From positions 53,382,001 through 53,446,000 of the forward strand of contig OZ024744.1 of NCBI GenBank assembly GCA_964016885.1: a stretch of 64,000 nucleotides of DNA, in the 5' to 3' direction. The DNA comes from Eledone cirrhosa (lineage: Eukaryota). Position 1 is the first letter of the stretch; the number at the start of each line of letters is the position of its first letter. The notes beneath the pieces were generated by a model. It did no database searches. It saw only the letters and a program-made list of their open reading frames with translations, and was not told the origin of the DNA. The position numbers were made by a program, and so were the translations under genes. Positions 54,701 to 64,000 of the stretch are shown piece after piece.

Positions 54701-57700
54701 CTCACCAACATTACTATGACCACCAGCACTCTCACCAACATCACTATGACCACCAGACACTCTCACCTATATCACTATGACAACCGGCATTCTCACCCAC
54801 ATCACTATGACCACCAGCACTCTCACCAACATCACCATGACCACCAGACCCAGCACCAATATCACCAATATCATTATGACCACCAGCACTGTCACCAAAA
54901 TCACCAATATCACTATGACCACCGGCACTCTCACCAACATCACCAATATCAATATGACCACCAGCACTCTCACCAACATCACTCTGACAACTAGCACTCG
55001 CACCAACATCACTATGACCAGCAACACTCACAACAACATCACTATGACCATAAGCACTCTCACGAGCATCAGCAACAGCACCAACATTACTATGACCACC
55101 AGCACTCTCGCCAATATCATCAATATCACTGTGACCCCTAGCACTCTCACCAACATCACTATGACCACTAGCTTTGTCACCAACATCATTATTACCACCA
55201 GCTCTCTCACCTATATCAATATGACAACCAGTACTCTCAGCAACATTACTATGACCACCAGCACTCTCTCCAACATCACCATGAACAGCAGTACTCTCAC
55301 CAACATCACTATGATCAATCAGCACTCTCACCAACATCACTATGATCAATCAGCACTCTCACCAACATCACCAATATCACAATGACCACAAGCACTCTCA
55401 CCAGAATCACCAATATCAGTATACCCACCGGCACCCTCACCCACATCAACGTCACCAACATTACTAATACCACCAGCATTCTCATCGACATCATTATGAC
55501 CACCAGCACTCTCACCAACATCACCAATATCACTATGAGCACCAGCAGTCTCACGAATATCACTATAACCTTCATCACTCTTACCAATATTACAATAACC
55601 ACCAGCTCTCTCACCAATATCACTATGACTACCACCACCCAAACCAACATTACTATGACCACCAGCACTCTCAGCAACATCACTGTCACCAGCACTATCA
55701 CCAATATTATTATGACCACCAGCACACTCACGAACATCAGCAATATCACTATGACCACCAACACTCTCAACCATATCACTATGACCACCAGCACTCTCAC
55801 CAGCATCAAAAATATCTCTATGATCACCGGCACCCTCACCAACATCACCAATATTACTATGGCCACCAGCAACCTCACCCACATTACTACTACCACCAGC
55901 ATTCTCACCGACATCACTATGACCACCCGTACTCTCACCAACATCACTATGACCATCTGCACTCTCAACAACATCACTATGACCACCATCACCATCACCA
56001 AATTCACCAATATCTCTACGACAACTACCACTCTCACCAATGTTATTATGACCATCAGCACTCTCACCAATATCACTATGACCATCAGCACCCTCACCAA
56101 CATCACTATGACCACCATCACTCTCACCAATATCACTATGACCACCAGCTCTTTCACCATCGTCACTATGACCACCAGCAATCTCCCTATCATCACCAAT
56201 ATCTCTATGGCCACCAGCACTCTCATCAACATTACTATGACTAACAGCACTCTCACCAACATCACTATGACCACCTGCACCAGCACCGACATCATCAGTA
56301 TCACTCTGAACACTAGCACTCTCATCAACAGCACTATGACCACCAGTACCCACACAAACATCACTACGACCACCAGCACTCTCCCCAACATCACTATGAC
56401 CACGAGCACTCTCACCAACATCACTATGACCAACAGCACTCTCACCAACATCACCAATATCACTATGACCACCAGCACTATCACCAATTTCACTATGACC
56501 ACCAGCACCCTCACCAACATCACTATGACCACCAGCACTCTCACTCATATCACTATGAACGCCAACACCACCAATATCACTATGACCACCAGCACTCACA
56601 GCAATATTACTATGAGTACCAGCACTCTCACCTATATCACTATGAACACCAGCATCTCACAAACGTTACTATGACGACCAGCACTCTCACCCACATCATT
56701 ATGAACACCAGCACACTCACCAACATCATTATGACCACCAGAACGCTCACCAGCATTCTCAATAACATCAACAATATCACTATGACCAACAGCACTCTCA
56801 CCAACATCAATATGACCACTGGCTTTATCACCAACATCACTATGACCGCCAGCACCCTCACCAACGTCACCGATATCATTATGAACACCAGCACGATCAT
56901 CAACATCACCGATAGCACTATGACCACCAGCACTCCCCGCAACATCACTATGACCACCAGAACTCTCACCAATATCACTATGAACACCAGCACTCGCACC
57001 AACATCACTATGACAACCAGCACTCTCACCAACATTACTATGACCACCAGTACTCTAGCCAACATTACTATCACCACCAACACTCTCATCAACATTATTA
57101 TGACCACCAGCACTCTCACCAACATCACCGATATCACTAATGCACAGCACCCTCATCAACATTATTATGACCACCAATATTTTCACCATCATCACTATGA
57201 CCACCAGCACTCTCACCAATATCACCGATATCACTCTGACCACCAGCACAATCAGCAACATCACCAATATCACTATAACCAGCAGCACTCCCTCAACATC
57301 ACTATGACCACAAGATATCTCACCAATATCTCTATGATCACCGGCACCCTCACCAACATCACCAATATTACTATGGCCACCAGCAACCTCACCCACATTA
57401 CTACTACCACCAGCATTCTCACCGACATCACTATGACCACCCGTACTCTCACCAACATCATTATGACCATCTGCACTCTCAACAACATCACTATGACCAC
57501 CATCACCATCACCAAATTCACCAAAATCACTATGACCACCAGCTCTCTCACCAACATCACTATGACCACCAGCTATCTCTAACATAACCAATATCTCTAC
57601 GACAACCACCACTCTCACCAATGTTATTATGACCATCAGCACTCTCACCAATATCACTATGACCATCAGCACCCTCACCAACATCACTATGACCACCATC

Positions 57701-60700
57701 ACTCTCACCAATATCACTATGACCACCAGCTCTTTCACCATCGTCACTATGACCACCAGCAATCTCCCTATCATCACCAATATCTCTATGGCCACCAGCA
57801 CTCTCATCAACATTACTATGACTAACAGCACTCTCACCAACATCACTATGACCACCTGCACCAGCACCGACATCATCAGTATCACTCTGAACACTAGCAC
57901 TCTCATCAACATCACTATGACCACCAGTACCCACACAAACATCACTACGACCACCAGCGCTCTCCCCAACATCACTATGACCACGAGCACTCTCACCAAC
58001 ATCACTATGACCAACAGCACTCTCACCAACATCACCAATATCACTATGACCACCAGCACTATCACCAATTTCACTATGACCACCAGCACCCTCACCAACA
58101 TCACTATGACCACCAGCACTCTCACTCATATCACTATGAACGCCAACACCACCAATATCACTATGACCACCAGCACTCACAGCAATATTACTATGAGTAC
58201 CAGCACTCTCACCTATATCACTATGACCACCAGCATCTCACAAACATTACTATGACGACCAGCACTCTCACCCACATCACTATGAACACCAGCCCACTCA
58301 CCAACATCATTATGACCACCAGAACGCTCACCAGCATTCTCAATAACATCAACAATATCACTATGACCAACAGCACTCTCACCAACATCAATATGACCAC
58401 TGGCTTTATCACCAACATCACTATGACCGCCAGCACCCTCACCAACGTCACCGATATCATTATGAACACCAGCACGATCATCAACATCACCGATAGCACT
58501 ATGACCACCAGCACTCCCCGCAACATCACTATGACCACCAGAACTCTCACCAATATCACTATGAACACCAGCACTCGCACCAACATCACTATGACAACCA
58601 GCACTCTCACCAACATTACTATGACCACCAGTACTCTAGCCAACATTACTATCACCACCAACACTCTCATCAACTTTATTATGACCACCAGCACTCTCAC
58701 CAACATCACCGATATCACTAATGCACAGCACCCTCATCAACATTATTATGACCACCAATATTCTCACCATCATCACTATGACCACCAGCACTCTCACCAA
58801 TATCACCGATATCACTCTGACCACCAGCACAATCAGCAACATCACCTATATCTCTATGACCACCAGCCCATTCACCAATATCACTCTGACCACCAGCACT
58901 CTCACCAACATCACTATGACCACCAGCTCCCTCACCAACATCACAAATATCACTATGACCTCCGGCACCACCATCAATATCACCAATATCACTATGACCA
59001 GCAGCACTCCCTCAACATCACTATGACCACAAGATATCTCACCAACATCTCTATGAACACCGGCACCCTCACCAACATCACCAATATTACTATGGCCACC
59101 AGCAACCTCACCCACATTACTACTACCACCAGCATTCTCACCGACTCAACTATGACCACCCGTACTCTCACCAACATCACTATGACCATCTGCACTCTCA
59201 ACAACATCACTATGACCACCATCACCGTCACCAAATTCACCAAAATCACTATGACCACCAGCTCTCTCACCAACATCACTATGACCACCAGCTATCTCTA
59301 ACATAACCAATATCTCTACGACAACCACCACTCTCACCAATGTTATTATGACCATCAGCACTCTCACCAATATCACTATGACCATCAGCACCCTCACCAA
59401 CATCACTATGACCACCATCACTCTCACCAATATCACTATGACCACCAGCTCTTTCACCATCGTCACTATGACCACCAGCAATCTCCCTATCATCACCAAT
59501 ATCTCTATGGCCACCAGCACTCTCATCAACATTACTATGACTAACAGCACTCTCACCAACATCACTATGACCACCTGCACCAGCACCGACATCATCAGTA
59601 TCACTCTGAACACTAGCACTCTCATCAACATCACTATGACCACCAGTACCCACACAAACATCACTACGACCACCAGCACTCTCCCCAACATCACTATGAC
59701 CAACAGCACTCTCACCAACATCACCAATATCACTATGACCACCAGCACCCTCACCAACATCACTATGACCAACAGCACTCTCACTCATATCACTATGAAC
59801 GCCAACACCACCAATATCACTATTACCACCAGCACTCACAGCAATATTACTATGAGTACAAGCACTCTCACCTATATCACTATGACCACCAGCATCTCAC
59901 AAACATTACTATGACGACCAGCACTCTCACCCACATCACTATGAACACCAGCACACTCACCAACATCATTATGACCACCAGAACGCTCACCAGCATTCTC
60001 AATAACATCAACAATATCATTATGACCAACAGCACTCTCACCAACATCAATATGACCACTGGCTTTATCACCAACATCACTATGACCGCCAGCACCCTCA
60101 CCAACGTCACCGATATCATTATGAACACCAGCACGATCATCAACATCACCGATAGCACTATGACCACCAGCACTCCCCGCAACATCACTATGACCACCAG
60201 AACTCTCACCAATATCACTATGAACACCAGCACTCGCACCAACATCACTATGACAACCAGCACTCTCACCAACATTACTATGACCACCAGTACTCTAGCC
60301 AACATTACTATCACCACCAACACTCTGATCAACATTATTATGACCACCAGCACTCTCACCAACATCACCAATATCACTAATGCACAGCACCCTCATCAAC
60401 ATTATTATGACCACCAATATTCTCACCATCATCACTATGACCACCAGCACTCTCACCAATATCACCGATATCACTCTGACCACCAGCACAATCAGCAATA
60501 TCACCTATATCTCTATGACCACCAGCCCATTCACCAATATCACTCTGACCACCAGCACTCTAACCAACATCACTATGACCACCAGCACTCTCACCATCAG
60601 CACTATGACCACCATCGCCATCACCAAATTCACCAATGTCACTCTGACGACCAACACTCTCACCAGCATCACCAATATCACTTTGACCACCGGCACCCTC

Positions 60701-63700
60701 ACCCACATCGCCAACATTACTATGGCCACCAGCAACCTCACCAACATCACTACTACCACCAGCATTCTCACCGACATCACTATGACAACCAGCACTCTCA
60801 CCAACATCACCAACATCACTATGACCACAAGCAATCTCAACAACATCACTATGACTTCCAGCCCTCTTACCAATATAACTATGACCACCAGCACTCTCAA
60901 CAACATCACTATGTCACCAGCACTCTTACCAATATCACAATGACGACCGGCACACTCAACAACATCACCAATGTGACTATGGCCACCAGCAACCTCACCG
61001 ACATTACTACTACCACCAGCATGCTCACCAACATCACTATGACCACCAGAACTCTCACCAACATAACCAATATTAAAATGACCACAAGCACTCTAACCAA
61101 CATCACTGTGACCACCAGCACCAGCACCAACATCACCAATATCACTATGACCACCAGCACTCTCACCAACATCACTATGACCACCAGCACTTTCACCAAC
61201 ATCACTATGACCAACAGCACTCTCACCAATATCACTATGACCACCAGCACTCATACCAATATTACTATGACCACCAACTCTCTCATCGACATCACTATGA
61301 CCACCAGACCCACCACCAACATCACCAATTTCACTATGACCACCAGCAATGTCACCAAAATCACCAATATCACTATGACCAACACCACTCTCACCAACAC
61401 CACCACTATCACTATGACCACCAGCACTCTCACCAACATCACTATGGCCTCCAGCACTCTTACCAATATTACTATGACCACCAGCACTGTCAGCAAAATC
61501 AGCAATATCACTATGACCACCATTACTCTGACGAACATCACCAATATCACTATGACACCATTACTCTCACCAACATCACTATCACAACTAGCACTCGCAC
61601 CAACATCAGTATGACCACCAGCTCTCTCACGAACATCAGCAATATCCCTATTGCCACCAACACTCACATCAACATCACTATGACCATCAGCACTCTCACC
61701 AATATCACTATGACCTCCAGCACTCTTACCAATATAACTATGACCACCAGCACTCTCACGAACATCAGCAATATCACTTTGACGACCGGCACACTAACCA
61801 ACATCACTATGACCACCAGGACCCTCACCAACATCACTATGACAACCAGCACTCTCACCTATATCACTATGATAACCAACATTCTCACCGACATCACTAT
61901 GACCACCAGCACTCTCACCAAAATCACTATGACCACCAGCACAAACATCACCAACATTACTATGACCACCAGCACTGTCACCAGAATCAACAATATCACT
62001 ATGACCACCAGCATTCTCACCACCATCACCATTATCACTATGACCACCAGCACTCTCACCAACATTACTATGAACACCAGAACCATCACCAACACCACCA
62101 ATATCACTATGACCACCAGAACACTCAGCAATATTACTATGACTACCAGCACTCTCATCTATATCACTATGACCACCAGCACTGTCACAAAAATTATCAA
62201 AATAACTATGACCACAGCATTATCCACAATTTCAATATGACCAACAGCACTCTCACCAACATCACTTTGACCACCAGCACTCATACCAATATTACTATGA
62301 CCACCAGCTCTCTCACCAATATCACTATGACCACCAGCACTCTTACCAATATTACTATGACAAACAGCTCTCTCACCAATATCACTATGACCACCAGCAC
62401 TCTCACCAACATCACCACCAGCCCTTTCTAACATAACCAATATCTTTACGACAAGCACCACTCTCAGCAACATCACTATGACCACCAGGACCCCCACCAA
62501 CATCACTATGATCACCAGCACTCTCACCAATATCACTATGACCACCAGCACTCTCACCTATATCACTAGTATAACCAGTATTCTCACCGACATCACTATG
62601 ACCACCAGCACTCTCACCAAAATCACTATGACCACCAGTACCAGCACCAATATCGGCAATATCACTAGGACCACCAGCACTTTCACCAAAATCACAAATA
62701 TCACTATAACCACAGGCGCTCTCACCAATAATACTATGACCTCCAGCACTCTTACTAATATTAATATGACCGCCAGCTCTCTGACCAATATCACTATGAC
62801 CACCAGCATTCTCATCGACATCATTATGACCACCCGTAATGTCACCGACATCACTATCAAAACTAGCACTCGCACCACATCACTATGACCACCAGCACTC
62901 TCACCAACATCACTATGACCACCAAACCCAGCAACAACATCACCAATATCACTATGACCACCAGCACTGTCACCAAAATCACCAATATCACTATGACCAC
63001 TAACACTCTCACCAACATCACGAATATCACTATCACCACCAGCACTGTCACCAACATCATCAATATCACTATGACCACCAGCATTATCACCAATTTCAAT
63101 ATGACCACCACACCCTCACCAACATCACTATGGCCACCAGCACTCTCACTCATATCACTATGAACGCCAGCACCATCACCAACACCACCAATATCACTAT
63201 TACCACCAGAACACTCAGCAATATTACTATGACTACCAGCACTCTCACCTATATCACTATGACCACCAGCACTGTCAGCAAAATCACCAATATCACTATC
63301 ACCACCAGCACTCTCACCAACATCACCAATATCACTATGGCCACCAGCACTGTCACCAACATCACTATGACAACTAGCACTCGCACCAACATCACTATGA
63401 CCACCAGCACTCTCACGAACATCAGCAATATCTCTGTGACCACCAAGACTCACAACAACATCACTATGACCATCAGCACTATCACCAGCATCACCAATAT
63501 CACTATAACCACAGGCACTCTCACCAGTGTCACTATGACCTACAGCACTCTTACCAATATTACTATGACCACCAGCCCTCTCACCAACGCCACTATAACC
63601 ACAGGCACTCTCACCATTATCATTATGACCACCAGCTTTCACAACAACATCACTATGACGACCAGCATTCTCTTCAACATCACCAATATCTCTATGACCA

Positions 63701-64000
63701 ACAGCACTCTCACCAACATCACTATGACCTCCAGCACCAGCACCAACATCACAAATATCACTATCACCACCAGCACTGTCACCAACATTATCAATATCAC
63801 TATGACCACCAGCATTATCACCAATATCACTATGACCACCAGAACACTCAGCAATATTACTATGACTACCAGCACTCTCACCTATATCACTATGACCACC
63901 AGCTCTATCTAACATAACATTACTATGACCACCAGCTCTCTCACCACTATCTCTATGACCACCACCGCTCTCACCAACATCACTCTGACCATCAGCACTC
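42792..64000. repeat. Large tandem minisatellite/satellite array, 30-bp unit ATGACCACCAGCACTCTCACCAACATCACT with a 39-bp variant
   Basis: Continuous to the window end; G-poor plus strand; higher-order repeats at offsets of ~1.6-1.7 kb and 9700 bp. Confidence 0.97.

Noticed and set aside
42792-64000. Dozens of Thr-, Val-, His- or Gly-rich ORFs as individual genes; CRISPR-like array
   Set aside because: All derive from one tandem unit open in four frames. There are no unique spacers, and the context is eukaryotic.

Overview
Repeat-dense eukaryotic DNA with no recognisable host gene; a cephalopod (Octopus-like) source is inferred from the SINE and microsatellite density. Bases ~1-42590 are a mosaic of microsatellites hosting about 10 decayed copies or fragments of Tx1/L1-clade LINEs. 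ORF1 has a CCHC knuckle; ORF2 has an APE endonuclease, RT and a C-terminal CCHC. These LINEs fall into two lineages: one sits in (TATC)n tracts, the other ends in and is stacked head-to-tail through (ATT)n tracts. The same (ATT/TAA)n tracts also hold three 3' fragments of R4/Dong-like RLE retrotransposons and tRNA-type SINEs. (TA)n tracts hold Penelope-like remnants: a GIY-YIG fragment and four minimal hammerhead ribozyme motifs in two families. Also present are Helitron-like and MITE-like pieces and a cluster of fold-back palindromes at 13.1-14.5 kb. After a 200-N gap (42592-42791) the rest of the window is a >21 kb tandem array of a 30/39-bp unit, open in 4 of 6 frames, with ~1.6-kb and 9.7-kb higher-order repeats. 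Coordinates were read by eye and are approximate to a few bases.
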